The notes under the pieces are model-generated. The model searched no databases and was not told the origin of the DNA. It worked only from the letters and a program-made list of their open reading frames with translations. A stretch of 64,000 nucleotides of DNA from Octopus sinensis (lineage: Eukaryota). Shown in pieces: positions 13,149 to 26,537 of this stretch (positions are counted from its first letter, which is position 1; every line of letters starts with the position of its first letter). The translations under genes and the position numbers were made by a program. The stretch lies in NCBI RefSeq assembly GCF_006345805.1, contig NC_043002.1, forward strand, positions 81,468,001 to 81,532,000. The letters are read 5' to 3'.

Positions 13149-13446
13149 GGAACGAGATAGAATCTCACAGACAAATAGAGAGAATACAAACACACACACA
13201 CACATGGTGCATAAATATCGCCTTCTTTTTTATATCAACACAGTTTCTGTTTTACTAGATCCCTCCCCTGTATTTTGTTATTTCTCTTTTACTCTCTTTC
13301 TGTTTAGTCTCTTTCACTTACCTTTCTATTTATTCTGTTCCTCTATTCTTATTTTCCCAGTGTTTCTATCTCAGATGTAGATACACCCTAGCTATCTATG
13401 TACCATTCATACACTACACACAAACACACACATACACACACACACA

Positions 13447-13495
<49 letters not shown>

Positions 13496-13637
13496 ACGTT
13501 CACACACTCGCTCACATGTATACATACATATGTACATGTATATCTATCTTATACACAAACACACACACACACACAACACACACATTATATATGTATATGT
13601 ATATATATATATAAATATATATAAATATATATATATG

Positions 13638-13672
<35 letters not shown>

Positions 13673-14549
13673 GCACATTACACACACATACATTCGGCTG
13701 TTTTGTTCACAAGCAAACACAAAACAGTAATTCTCAAAATACACAAACACACACATACATTCACACACGAATGTACATATATACTACCTATATAGTGATC
13801 TATATAACAGTTTGTATGCATGTGTATGCGTGTGTTTGCGAGAGAGAGATATAGAGAGAGAGTGACAGACATACATACAGAGACAGAGACAGAGACATAA
13901 AGAGACAGAAAGACAGACAGAGAGACAGAAAGAAAGAAAGACAGGCAGACAGACAGGCAGGCAGGCAGGCAGGCAGGTAAGCAGACGGAAAAAATATAAG
14001 GAGAGAAACGCAAGAAGAAATTGGAACCAGAGACAATGAGAGAAACTAATGGAATGTGTGTGTGTTTGGAAGTTCTTATAATTATATGTGAATATGACCA
14101 TATGTATATATGACTGTCAAACGCCGCTATACACAGCTACGCATATATGAATATCTCTGCGCAGCTATAGACTCATATGCACATGTCGTTGCATAATCGT
14201 AAATGTATGTATTAAGCAATTGTAAACAAGACCATCAGACACTAAAACCACACCAATAAAGATAGCAAACATAATAAGAAAAGAGAAGGTCACGAACAAT
14301 AGAGTCTATTCGGCCATTCTTCCAGAAATATAGCTTCCTTCTTCCTGACCACTATATGATCATACTTCATAACCAGTGAACCAAGGTATTCTCAATAGAT
14401 TTACCAAGTCCACCCCTACCTCTCAACGACAAGATATATAAATATATATATATATATATACGCACACATACATACACAACGCATTAAGTGTAAAAGGATA
14501 TAACTTATATAACATGACTTTGTTCTGAGTACGGCTTACAGATTTCATG

Positions 14550-14602
<53 letters not shown>

Positions 14603-14603
<1 letters not shown>

Positions 14604-14886
14604 AGTAATCCCTCGACTATCGCGGGTGTTACGTTCCAAAAGACCCCCGCGATAGGTGAAAATCCGCGAAGTAGAAACAGTACCGTTTATTTTCGATTTT
14701 TTTATTATTTTTTATTATTATTTTGATTATTATAATTTTTTAATTATTTTTATAATTTGTATATATTTATTTTATTATAACTGCAAAACAACACCACAGA
14801 GTTAAGCTTAAATAAAAAAACAAAGACAGGTGAACCGCGATAGGTGAAGCGTGACAGGTGAACCGCGATATGGCGAGGGATTATTG
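14603..14886. mobile_element. pogo/Tigger-like MITE (284 bp) with a TA TSD
   Basis: TA|CAGTAATCCCTCGACTATCGCGG ... CCGCGATATGGCGAGGGATTATTG|TA; internal direct repeat ACAGGTGAACCGCGATA. Confidence 0.88.
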
Positions 14887-14889
14887 TAT

Positions 14890-15180
14890 ATTAATCAATG
14901 AAATTCCAGCTTTGATCTTCCATCGTTGGGTACTGCCTTGTGGAACTTTGTCGAAGGATTTGACCCCAGTACCTACTTTTTTTAAAAGCCTGTTGTGTAT
15001 TGTATTACTCCTCTTGGCCGAACAGCTAAGTTATGGGAATGCAAACACCCCAATACCGATTACAAAGTGGTGGCGGGGAACCACCGCAAACATATACAAA
15101 CAAACACTCACACACACAAGCTTCTGCGATCGCATATTGAGTCGAAACTCGGACTATGAAGAAAGAGCTTTAAAATCGCC
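14890..15180 (-). mobile_element. Degenerate SINE group A fragment
   Basis: 'ttgaccccagtac..ttggccgaacagctaagttatggg..aaacacc' matches the reverse complement of the group A tail. Confidence 0.6.
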
Positions 15181-15671
15181 TTGATGGCACTTTTGCCATG
15201 ATGCTTGAGAAGTTTCAAAACATTTGATGATGCGAGCACATGACGAAGGGCGGGATTTATGAACATATTCCACCTGTCTCTTTGATTATTCCTCAGCGCA
15301 GTGTTGACTGTGACCTTAAAATGTTTTTAAAAAGTCGTTTAAATATATTTACAATACATAAAAACATAATTAAATGGCGGCAACCAAACATTTAATCCAC
15401 TAATCCCTCGTCTCTGTTAATTCAATAATCCATTAGTGAAATATTGATTTCTTCTTTCTTTTAAAGGCTTACTCAGAGAAGGAAGTGCTGCGCCTATGAC
15501 CCCTTTAAGGGACCCCGAGACCGGTTGGAGACTTGGAGGAAATTGTTCTCAAAGCGGAGACCTGCTCTGATGTTTGCAACACAAAGTGTTTCGCTTAAAG
15601 ACACCCATATGTGAAGTTATTGAACTGTTAACCGTTCAAGAAGAGGAAACATCGCCACCGACGGGATTCCG

Positions 15672-16544
15672 CGAATTGCTAGAAAGGATCACAAAAGTAC
15701 AGCTCCCAAAATTACTGCCGAGCTTAATGACCACCCCGAGAACCCAGTTTCCACAAAAAAATGTTCGCCGAGAGCTGCACAAACCCGGATTTCACGGTAG
15801 GGCTGCAATCAGAAAACCATTACTTTCAAAAACAAACGTTGCAAAGCATTTAGAGTGGAGTAAAAACCTACAGAATTTATCCCTAGAGCAGTGTGAAAAT
15901 GTTATTTTCTCGGACGAGTCATCCTTTACCTTATTTCCGACCACCAGCTGAGTATACGTGTGGAGACAGACAAAAGAAGCATTTGACCCAGACTGCCTTC
16001 TTCCAACTGTTAAACCTGGAGAAGGATCTGTGATGATCTGCTGGGGCTATATCTTGGAAATCTGCCGGCCCAGTGGTTTCCCTTCATGGCAGAATTATCA
16101 GTCAAGACTATTGAAGCATTTTATCTGATCAAATTCATCCTATGGTTGTGGAACTGTTTCCAGAGGGAAACACAGTCTTTCAACATGATAATGCACCAAT
16201 TTACTCAGCTAAAGTTGTTACTGAATGGCACGAGGAACATTCTAGTGAAGTTGAACATCTAATCTGGCTACTACAGGCTCCAGATCTCAATATTATTGAA
16301 CATTTATGGTGCAGTTTATAAAAGCTAGTAAGGAGTCGATATCCTCCACCATCATCACTACAAGAACTGGAGACTGTTTTAGCTGAAGAATGGACAAAAA
16401 TTTCTTTGGAAACAATTCAAACTTTGTACGAGTCCATACCTCGTAGAATTCAAGCTGTAATTACTGCCAAAGGCGGTCCTACCTCATATTAAAATAAATT
16501 TATTTGAAATTTTAAGGTGTTTCCATTATTTTGTCCAACCCCTT
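15672..16544 (+). mobile_element. 5'-truncated Tc1-like transposon with a disrupted DD36E transposase and the right TIR
   Basis: ..VRRELHKPGFHGRAAIRKPLL..VIFSDESSF..GSVMIW..FQHDNAPI(36 aa)E in PDLNIIEHLW; stop GGPTSY* near 16490; end GGTGTTTCCATTATTTTGTCCAACCCCT. Confidence 0.9.
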
Positions 16545-16554
16545 TATATCGGCT

Positions 16555-16750
16555 TCTAATTGTGGCACAAGGTGAGCAAATTTCGGCGGGAAGGGGTAAG
16601 TCGATTACATCCTCCCTGCTGTTTAACTGCTATTTATTTTATCAATCCCCGAAAGGATGAAATTCAAAGCCTGCCTCGGCAGGGTTTGAACTCAAAACGT
16701 GAAAGACAGACGGAAGACGTTAATGATTTCGTCCAATTAGCTATGTATAT
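16555..16750 (-). mobile_element. Degenerate SINE group C
   Basis: 'cccgaaaggatgaaa..gcctcggc..tttgaactcaaaacgt' is the reverse complement of the group C core. Confidence 0.65.
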
Positions 16751-17043
16751 TGGACATCGCAATGCGGTTCTTTTATATTTATTTCTTTAAGTTATTTTAG
16801 CTATTACGCTTATGGACAAACTGGAGCACCGCACTCGGTTTTGTGGGGGTTGTGTGTGTGTGTGCGTGCATGTGTGTGTGTGCGTACATGTGTGTGTGTG
16901 CGTACATGTGTGTGAGTGCGTGCATGCGACTATGTGTATCTATATGTTTTAGCTATCAACACTAAAGTTATGCTACGACATCACCTTTAGTATATTTTTA
17001 GTTTAGTGTAGGAATTACAGCTATGAGAGAGAAAGGGAGAGGC

Positions 17044-17110
<67 letters not shown>

Positions 17111-17228
17111 AGGAAAGAAAGAAAGAAAGGCAGACAGACAGACAGAGACCGGGGCTGAGACAGAGACAGCTATAGAAAGAAACAAAGAGCCATATTTATA
17201 TATGTTTATGTCATAAACATATTTACAC

Positions 17229-17283
<55 letters not shown>

Positions 17284-17348
17284 AAATAGACAGAATGACT
17301 GAGGAATGGGTAAAAGGAGATGGGGACAGAAAGTGTGTGTGAGTGAGT

Positions 17349-17386
<38 letters not shown>

Positions 17387-17996
17387 GTGAATGAGTGAGT
17401 GGGTGAGTGAGTGAGAGAAAGAGAGAAACAGACAGGCAGACAGACAGACAGTAGAAAAATGAAGGTTTACAAATGTTATATATTGAAAGATTAAAGGCAA
17501 AGTAAATTACATTCATAAGGTAACAATAATTTTGGAAAGAGAATATTTGACTCCGGAATAATATTGTTTATGAAAATTGTTATAGATCTGATGTCAAACA
17601 TTTTAATAGCCACGGTAAACTACTAAGAGCAATGATGACTTCACAGTTTATCAACAACACTCGATGAAAGGATATATGGATCTCCATCGTTCAACGAGGA
17701 GGATTTAGTTACTCGATCAACTGTTTTATCTGCTCGTTGAATTAATGATTATGCGATCAATGTTCGAAAACAATTACTCGAAAAACATTTATTCGAATGG
17801 AAATTTGTATGAATGAAAATTATTCAAAAGGAGAATTATACGAAATGTTAAATATTCTATTTTTTAAATTTTATTTAAACAAAAATTATAAAATTGAAAA
17901 CCAAGTACACAAATTATATTTATTTCGAATAACTATTTTTCGAACAATTTTCGTGATACGGAATTAACGTGTAAGTAGCTGAGAATTCCTCAGACA

Positions 17997-18268
17997 AGAA
18001 GAAGAAATATTTAATTCTCAAGCCATGCTAGGCTCATAAGGGCCGGTTTCCCGGTTTCAGTGGCGTATATATTCCCCACCTGGACAGGACGCCGGCCCGT
18101 CGCAGGATTACTCACTTTTGCCAGCTGAATGAGCTTTTTTGCCAGCTGGAGCAACGTGAAATGAAGTGTTTTGCTCAAGAACACAACGCATCGCCCGGTC
18201 CAGGAAACGAAACCACAAGATTACGATCTTGAGTCCAACACCCTAACCACTAAACCACGCGCCTCCAC
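17997..18268 (-). mobile_element. SINE group B (B1) with a 12-bp TSD, nested in an older B2-tail remnant (~17960-18340)
   Basis: TSD ATTCCTCAGACA at 17985-17996 and 18269-18280; the flanks rejoin into 'aattaacgtgtaagtagctgag..cagacatgtgtgcccttaatgta'. Confidence 0.9.
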
Positions 18269-18414
18269 ATTCCTCAGACATGTGTGCCCTTAATGTAATT
18301 TTTCAGGAAAAATCAGTGTTGCACTGTGTGACAAGGTGCACCTCTGAATTACCACTACAATTCATTCGACGGGCTTCGATTCAGTTTCCATCTACTAAAT
18401 TTCACACTCATTGG

Positions 18415-18765
18415 CGCAAGCGTATCTATGTAAGAAGTTTGCTTCCCACACACATGGTTCCGGGTTCAATCCCAGTGCGGGCCACATTGGTCAAGTGTCT
18501 ACCTGAGCTGACCAAAGTCTTGCGAGTAGATTTGTCAAAAAGAAACTTGTATACGCGCACGCGCCACTGTTTATGTTTGCTTGACAACCGGTGTTGGCTT
18601 GTTTACGCCCCCGTAACATAGCAGTTCAGCAAAAGAAACCGATAGAATACGTGCCAGCTTTTTAAAAAATAAGTACTGGAGTCTATTCATTTGACCAAAA
18701 ACTTTTCCTGGCAGGGCCCCAGCATGGCCACAGTGCAACGACCGAAGCAAGTAAAAGATGAAAGA
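18415..18765 (+). mobile_element. Degenerate SINE group A
   Basis: 'cacatggttccgggttcaatccc..ttgacaaccgg..ccagcatggcc'. Confidence 0.75.
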
Positions 18766-19064
18766 TAAGGTATGGGTTGACTTGAGACTACAGGAAATGA
18801 CATCTGTCCAATGTGCCATGTGGTCGTGAAGCGAACCTTGATTATACTGCAGCTCTCATTTGATATTATCAAAGGTGGTGTTACGTAGACAGTAAGGACT
18901 GATCTTAACGTTTATCATGGTGTGCTGTCAATGTTGATATATAGGACATTTGAGTTTGAGCTTGGAGTGCTGTCACGAGTGGTAATATATAGGCCACGTG
19001 GGGTTTATCTAAAAGTCTTTCACTAAAAGTTTGTCTGATAGTAACATATAAAAAAAATAATAAT

Positions 19065-19238
19065 AAATGCGCCCTTTTAAAGCATAGCCAGGCTCCCGCT
19101 TTCTATGGCGTATGTATTCCCCAGCTGGACGGGACGCTAGTCCATCGCAGCGTTACTCATTTTTGCCAGCTGAGTGGACTGGAGCAATGTGAAATGAAGT
19201 GATTTGATCAAGAACACAACGCGTCGCCGGTCCAGGAA
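19065..19238 (-). mobile_element. 5'-truncated SINE group B (B1)
   Basis: 'ttactcatttttgccagctgagtggactggagcaatgtg'. Confidence 0.8.
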
Positions 19239-19529
19239 TAGATGGATAGATAGATGTGTTGGTGTTGTGGAGGATTAAGACTAGAGAAATGATTAGTATG
19301 GAACGTGAAACGGATCAATAAGAAAGGGTGACAAAAAGAGTTGAGAAAGTTGTGACGGAAAGGCTTAGGGTTGAATTGGAGATGCTATGTAAATATCTAG
19401 ATATATATATACCATCTGATCAGTATGGACAGCTATAGTAGCGGTCACAAAACAAAGTGAAGAGATGGCACTTGTGCAAAATAGAGATTGGAGGATGCTG
19501 GTAAGTCCAAGCCAACCAGACAGATGACT

Positions 19530-19850
19530 ATTATCTACTTGTTTCGATCATTAGTGTGGCCAAGGCGGGTCACCACCCCGAAGCTTTTATTCAAACAAAT
19601 TGCTCTCTTTAAGTCTGGTACATATTCTGTCGCCGTCTTCTTGCCGAACCACTAAGTTACGAGGACAAACACAAGCACAAAACACACACACACACATACT
19701 TAGACGACTGGGCTTTCAAAGTTACCGCGTACCAAATCTACCCACAACACATAGAAGACACTTGCCCAAGGTACTGCACAATGGAACTGAAACTGAATCC
19801 ACGGGGTTGCAAAGCGAACTTCTTATCTAGTCAGCTATGCCTGCGCCTAG
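19530..19850 (-). mobile_element. Degenerate SINE group A
   Basis: 'ttgccgaaccactaagttacg..cacttgcccaagg'. Confidence 0.7.
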
Positions 19851-21505
19851 TTTCAAATCCAAGAAGCCATTGTATGCTACCGTAGAAGTCGTTCCAGATA
19901 TGGAAGCAAAATCCCAGTGTAGTTCTTATTTGGTCATTGCAGACTATCAGCAGTTGATAGAAGCCAATCTATTTTCTGGCTCTAAAGAGAGACGGTAGTC
20001 ATTAAAGGACGTAGCATTTAGTATGATATATCTGTAAGATCGCCCGGAGAAGGAACTGATAAGTATTTGTGAGACTTAACATTGGCGGTGACTGTGATAG
20101 ATCTGAGTGATTTATGTGCCAAAATTTGTGACTTCTTGCGGGTATTAAAAATAATTATTCTGGATATATGAGGGTATGAAATGACGGAATTTTTAAATAA
20201 AGTATTGTGTAGCATTTTATCATAACATTTAATGTCAGATCCGACTTTGCCCTTTGTCTGGCGAAGCCTTAAAAAGACTACAAACTAGTTAAATCAATTT
20301 CTATTATTGTGTTTCTAACAATTTTGTTTAATTTTTGCTGATTCTTAAATAGAATTGATTTTTTTTTTTTTTTAAACAAGGTGGTTTATCTTGTTCCAAC
20401 GCACTGTATAAGTACATTAGAATTAGCATATACATATACATATACATATGTATATATGTGTGTATATGTATATATATGTATATACATACATATAAATATG
20501 AATATTTATATATATATATGTATATGAGTGTGAGTGTGTGTATGTATGAATGTATATATCAATGTACTTACGAAGAGATACTTACACATACATGCTTAAA
20601 TAATCGATGCGTTGCATTCCTAAATCAAGATAAACTAATCACTAATCATCATTATAGTTGCCATCGTCGTCGTCATCGTCATCATCATCGTCATCATCAT
20701 CATCAGCAGCAGCAGCAGCAAAGGACAATACTTGTGATGAACTGTACTTTTGATAATTTTGCAAATATTCAACAGTTTGTAAGTTCATCACGTGACATTG
20801 CATGTTGTTATACGCATATGTACAAACCCTATCTTCCCCCCTCTCTCTCTCTCTCCATCTCTCTCACACACACATGCAGACATTAAATATGCATATATAT
20901 GCCTCTGAGTGTCTGAGTACTTGATTGTGTATGTATATGTACACTTTCATACATACAGTCAGTATGTGTGTTTGTATGAGTGCATGAATGTGTTTCCGTG
21001 TGTATGCATATATCTGTGTACATATATTCAGACATACATACATGCATATATAAATGAATTTATGTATGCATAGATTCATACATACATACATACATACATA
21101 CATACATACATACATACATGCATACATACATACATACATACATGCATACATACATACATGCATAATACATACATACATACATACATATATACATTCATAC
21201 ATACATACATACATACATACATACATACATACATACATACATACATACATACATACATACATACATACATACATACCTACATATACACATCTGAACACTG
21301 AGATAATCATCGCTGCGGATAAACATACATGTACTACGTCTATCTATCATCTAATATTTGTCTAAATGTGTTGTTTCGGGGAAGAGCATATAATAGCATA
21401 ATAAATGGGTGTATATACATAGAAACACACATATATACATACATACACATATATATATAAACATACATATATATGTATACACATATATATATATATATAT
21501 ATATA

Positions 21506-21561
<56 letters not shown>

Positions 21562-21922
21562 CATATATATATACATATGAAAAGGCTATATATAGAGTGT
21601 GTGTGTACGTTTTAAGTTGTAATTCATACTATTCCAATGAAATCTACACAATCCAATATGACACATATATTGCTGTGTTGTTGATAGAGTATAGAGCAAT
21701 TACAACAAAATTTCTCAGTCTCCAGTCAAACATAACGACCGCCATTACTACACCCTGTTCTTCAATTAGACTTGTCTTATTAATATATACTATATCAAAA
21801 GTAAGGATTGGGGTTTCATTTCGTTAGTGCGATGGTGTATAGTAATGAATGTGTACCTAAAATTGTAAGTACGGATGATTATGTGAATGTATGTATAGTC
21901 ACGCCTACACAAATGCATGCAC

Positions 21923-21973
<51 letters not shown>

Positions 21974-21984
21974 TTTATTTTATT

Positions 21985-22355
21985 TTTTATTTGTTTCAAT
22001 TATTTGACTGTGGCCATGCTGAAGTGCCAACTTTAGTTGAGCAAATCGACCCCAGGACTTATTCTTTGTAAGCTTAGAACTTGTTCTATCGGTCACTTTT
22101 GTCGAACCGCTACGTTACGGGGACGTAGACACGCCTCCATCGGCTGTCAAGCAATGGTGGGTGGACAAACACAAACACAACCGCACACATATATGTATGC
22201 ATGTATATATATATATACGATGGGATTCTTTCAGTTTCCGTCTACCAAATCCACTCACAAAGGTTTTGGTCAGCCCGAGGCTATAGTAGAAAACACTTGC
22301 TCAAGGTGTCACGCAGTGCGACTGAACCCAGAACCACGTGGTTGGGTAAGCAAGC
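21985..22355 (-). mobile_element. SINE group A
   Basis: 'ttgactgtggccatgctg..tcgaccccaggacttattc..ctaccaaatccactcacaa..cttgctcaaggtg'. Confidence 0.85.
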
Positions 22356-23158
22356 TACTTTATTTCATTAAGATTTGCCATAAAGGCATTACGGAGAGTA
22401 GCTTGCGGGCTGGACATATCCATTGATGAGGTGAATGATGAAACAAGGATGATATTGATGGGAGAAGGCAAAAAACACCCGCTGATTTTCTGCTTCTCTA
22501 AAACATTGTTCTTTTTTTTCCCCAACATAATAAACAAAACGAGGTATTGAATCTCTCACGACAGCTTTTACAATTATTGGACTTAATTGTCCATTACAAA
22601 TAATAACATGCAATAACATACAATAAAATATTCAATATACAATCAACACTCGTCCATTTACAAATGAGGCGCTGAGTCTCATACACATTATAACACTGAG
22701 GCTTTTCAACCTCTTGTCAATTTTCCACCTCATCATCGCTTGTGTCCGTGTACTCCACCATAGCCCATGCTTCCTTTAAAATCAAGGCGGCCTCCGAGTT
22801 GGCGTCACCCGGCCACGAGCGATATTCCTCTTTTCGTCCCTTCAGCCTTAGAAACACGCGCAACATTATGACCTCCACAGCTATCTGAATTCGTATAGTT
22901 TCCATCTTCTGTCACTAATGTTTCTATCATACTCAACGTACACCGAGGGAATCTTGATTTAGAGCCAGCGACGACTGCGCAATTACCGTGAATGTCGCCA
23001 GGTAGCCTTAGGCAATGAATGTGCTTTATCGGCATACTACTAGGGCATACTAAAATTTACCCAACACGTAAGTTTTAAATCTTGAATTTTAATTTTAACT
23101 TTAACTTGTATATGTGTGTGTGTATGTATTTATGTATGTATGTGTCTATATATGTATG

Positions 23159-23203
<45 letters not shown>

Positions 23204-23217
23204 GTATGTATGTAATA

Positions 23218-23365
23218 TTGTGAAGCTACGTAGCGTTGTAGTTAGGGTATCTGACTCACGATCGTAACGTTGTAAGTTCGATTCCAGTGGCGTGTTGTGT
23301 CATTGAGCAAGACACTTTATCTCTCGTTGCTTCAGTCCACTCAGCTGACAAAAATGAATAGTACC
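23218..23365 (+). mobile_element. SINE group B head/body fragment, followed by degenerate group C pieces to ~23760
   Basis: 'gtagttagggt..gttcgattcc..cattgagcaagacactt..ccactcagctg'. Confidence 0.7.
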
Positions 23366-23904
23366 GTAAAGACGGACGAAATACCGCTAAGCATTTCATC
23401 CGTCATTCAAATGTCCACGAGGTCAACTTTGCCTTTCATCTTTCCGTAGTCGATAGTGTGGTATCATTCAAGTACAAGGACTGTTATATCGACTAAATCC
23501 TTCTAGTAAAATTTGCTGTCGTTAGCTGGCGAGTTGGCTGAGTCAACAGAAGTGTTGGAAAAAATGCTGCGAGATATTCGCTCCAACTCTTTACATTTTG
23601 AGTTCACATCCCGCTGAGGTCAATTATATCTGTCTTTCTTTGGGAGTCGATAATAAAGTATCGATATAGGACTGTGGATGGTGGATGCGACTGTAACAAC
23701 CTCGGCCCAGATGTTCTGCGGCATTTGTCATCTCTCTTTGTGTATGAGTTCAAATCCCGTCATGGCTATTTGAATGGTAGACTTAATCAGTCATGCGGTT
23801 TATCACTGCCACTTTACACCTTGGTTGGTCCACATTAACCTATAAAGAGCGTAGAACCGGTCTCCTGACGTATTTCTCTGGCGTATATATATATATTCCT
23901 CTCT

Positions 23905-24141
23905 AAAGGCGGCGAACTGGCAGAAACGTTAGCACACCGGGCGAAGTGCTTAGTTGTATTTCGTCTGCCGTTACGTTCTGAGTTCAAATTCCGCCGAGGT
24001 CGACTTTGCCTTTCATCCTTTCGGGGTCGATAAATTAAGTATCAGTTACGCACTGGGGGTCGATATAATCGACTTAATCCGTTTGTCTGTTCTTGTTTGT
24101 CCCCTCTATGTTTAGCCCCTTTGTGGGCAATGAATAAATAA
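23905..24141 (+). mobile_element. Full-length SINE group C with an 18-bp TSD
   Basis: GGCGGCGAACTGGCAGAAACGTTAG..GAGTTCAAATTCC; TSD ATATATATATTCCTCTCT at 23887-23904 and 24142-24159. Confidence 0.92.
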
Positions 24142-24164
24142 ATATATATATTCCTCTCTGGACA

Positions 24165-24305
24165 AGACGGCGGTCTGTCGCAAGATTACTCTTTTTTCAC
24201 CAGCTGAACGGATTGAAACAACGTGAAGTGTTTTGCTCAAGAACACACCACATCGCTCGGTCTTGGAATCGAAACCACAATCTTACAATAATGCGCCTCT
24301 ACTTC
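24165..24305 (-). mobile_element. SINE group B fragment
   Basis: 'gtgttttgctcaagaacac..ggaatcgaaaccacaatctta'. Confidence 0.7.
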
Positions 24306-24811
24306 ACACCTTGGGTACATTTACTTAAATGTACTCTGATGAAAGAAGTCGGATCAAGTCATTGGTTTGCAGAAACCGCTCTTCCACTCTCTCGCCAATC
24401 GACGAGAGTCCAATAACACTACGTACAATTAAAGAACGTTCTTGCTTAGATATGTCAACACTGATCCATCAGACTTTTGACCAAAAACACTCCAGCTGCG
24501 ACCACCCCATTTATTTCCGAGAACTGTGCATCTAAAGAGTAGCATAGGCATCACTCGCAATGGTGGATGATTGGGTAACATATTCCATGTTGTCGCTAAT
24601 TGCTTGTTGTTTTAGGTGACATGTAATTACGAGTAGTCATAGATACGCTCTTGTACCATCCATCACTGTTGACTCAGTGGAGCATCCTGGACGCGACAGC
24701 CCGATGAACAGAAAGTTACACTGCCGCTCAAATGGAACTCATGTTCTGCAGGGTGAACAGACATTGAACACAAGACTCCTCTACTAGTGATCCATCGCTA
24801 CTTTGTGTTTA

Positions 24812-24893
<82 letters not shown>

Positions 24894-25534
24894 GGGTGGT
24901 CTCCAAAAGCGAAATGGACTGAAAACTATATATTTTTCTTCCTGAAGAAGAACAAATGTCCGAAGCGTTAGATATTTCACCCTTCACAATATAGCTGAAC
25001 TTTTATTCTGATTGGAACCTCTATGGACTGAGTTGACACTGACTTGCTGTAATTAAATAGATGTACTAGATTGAATACAATATGCATAAAGAAAGACTGG
25101 ATCAGTAGTAGTTATATTTGGAGTGGCAATGGCGGTGTTAGACGTGATGGTCGTGTTGGCTATGAAAGAGCTTTTATTACAGCTGTCGTCGTTGCCGTCG
25201 TCCCCACCATCAATATCAGCATCATCATCGAAATATTTAATGGAATCGTTATAGTTTTATTGTTCTTATAGTTGTTGGTGATGTTGGCGGTAGTGTTTAA
25301 AATTATATTAGTGTATATCTGTGATGAAAGGTGGAGCGAAAACATTCATCTATAGCAGCTGAAAGAATAGTATCAGCAGCAGCAGCAAAAAGAGCAACAG
25401 TCAAAGCAATGACAACAGCAATGATGGTAACAACAACAACAGCATCAGTAGCGGCAGCAATATCAGCAGCAGCAACAGCAACAGCAGAAACAGTACTACT
25501 ACTACTACTACTAGTAGTAGTAGTAGTAGTAGTA

Positions 25535-25941
25535 GTGTCGTGAATTAACAAAGGGTGCACGGTTCTGGCTAAAACCTTGGAGAGGCATGAGAGGCATGAG
25601 GCAAAGTAAAAGACGTGGCGAAGTAAATATGAAGTCTAATATTGTCCAATATATTGAAAACACATGACTCTGCACTAATATGAATTGTATTAAGGTAACG
25701 ACTTCTTACGATGTCAATGGCGACGACGAGTCGACAGCGGTAAAAATTGAGACAATATTAAAAATATATTAACTATAATGTCGAGAACGAGAACAGAAGT
25801 GCCAGCAACACGGTACAGATTTCTTCTTTTCTTCTTCTGCTTTTCTTCTTCTTCTTCTTCTCTTCTTCTTTTCTTCTTCATCTTTTCTTCTTCTTCTTCT
25901 TCTTCTCTTCTTCTTCTTCTAGTCTTCTTCTTTTCTTCTTC

Positions 25942-25992
<51 letters not shown>

Positions 25993-26537
25993 CGATGGTG
26001 ATGGTGACTCCGACGGTGGTGAGAAGAAAGAAGGAGAAGAAGAAAAGAAGATGAAGAAAAAGAAGAAGAAGAGAAGAGAAGAAGAAGAAGAAAGAAGAAA
26101 GAAGAAGAAGAGGAAGAAGAAGAAGAAAAGAAGAAGATGAAGAAAAAGAAGAAGAAGAAGAAGAAGAAGAGAAGAAGAAGAAGAAGAAGAAGAAGAAGAA
26201 GAAGAAGAAGAAGAAGAAGAAGAAGAAGAAGAAGAAGAAGAAGAAGAAATCTGTACCGTGTTGCTGGTACTTCTGTTCTCGTTCTCGACATTATAGTTAA
26301 TATATTTTTAATATTGTCTCAATTTTTACCGCTGTCGACTCGTCGTCGCCATTGACATCGTAAGAAGTCGTTAACCCTGAATACAATTCATATTAGTGCA
26401 GAGTCATGTGTTTTCAATATATTTGGACAATATTAGACTCCATATTTACTTCGCCACGTCTTTTACTTTGCCTCATGCCTCTCATGCCTCTCCAAGGTTT
26501 TAGCCAGAACCGTGCACCCTTTGTTAATTCACGACAC
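25535..26537. repeat. ~1 kb inverted repeat (foldback): ~288 bp unique arms plus (TCT)n/(AGA)n extensions around a (TAG)n-containing spacer
   Basis: Arm 25535-25820 is the reverse complement of 26249-26537 with only a few substitutions and indels; TA outside both ends; identical ORF starts MSRTRTEVPATRYRF on both strands. Confidence 0.96.

Noticed and set aside
15455-15670. Good splice acceptor (TTCTTTCTTTTAAAG) upstream of the Tc1 fragment
   Set aside because: All three frames stop within about 55 codons and none gives a recognisable peptide.
17755-17955. Degenerate ~15-bp periodicity of TCGAA-containing motifs
   Set aside because: Too diverged to define a unit or assign to an element.
24330-24385. 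CTGATGA...GAAA hammerhead-like boxes
   Set aside because: No stem II or stem III pairing around the boxes.
24784-24987. Poly-His/poly-Gln/poly-Ala ORFs resembling a transcription-factor low-complexity region
   Set aside because: This is an in-register compound (GGT)(GCT)(GAT) microsatellite; the flanking codons are unrecognisable and there is no splice support. A similar case occurs at about 20660-20725.
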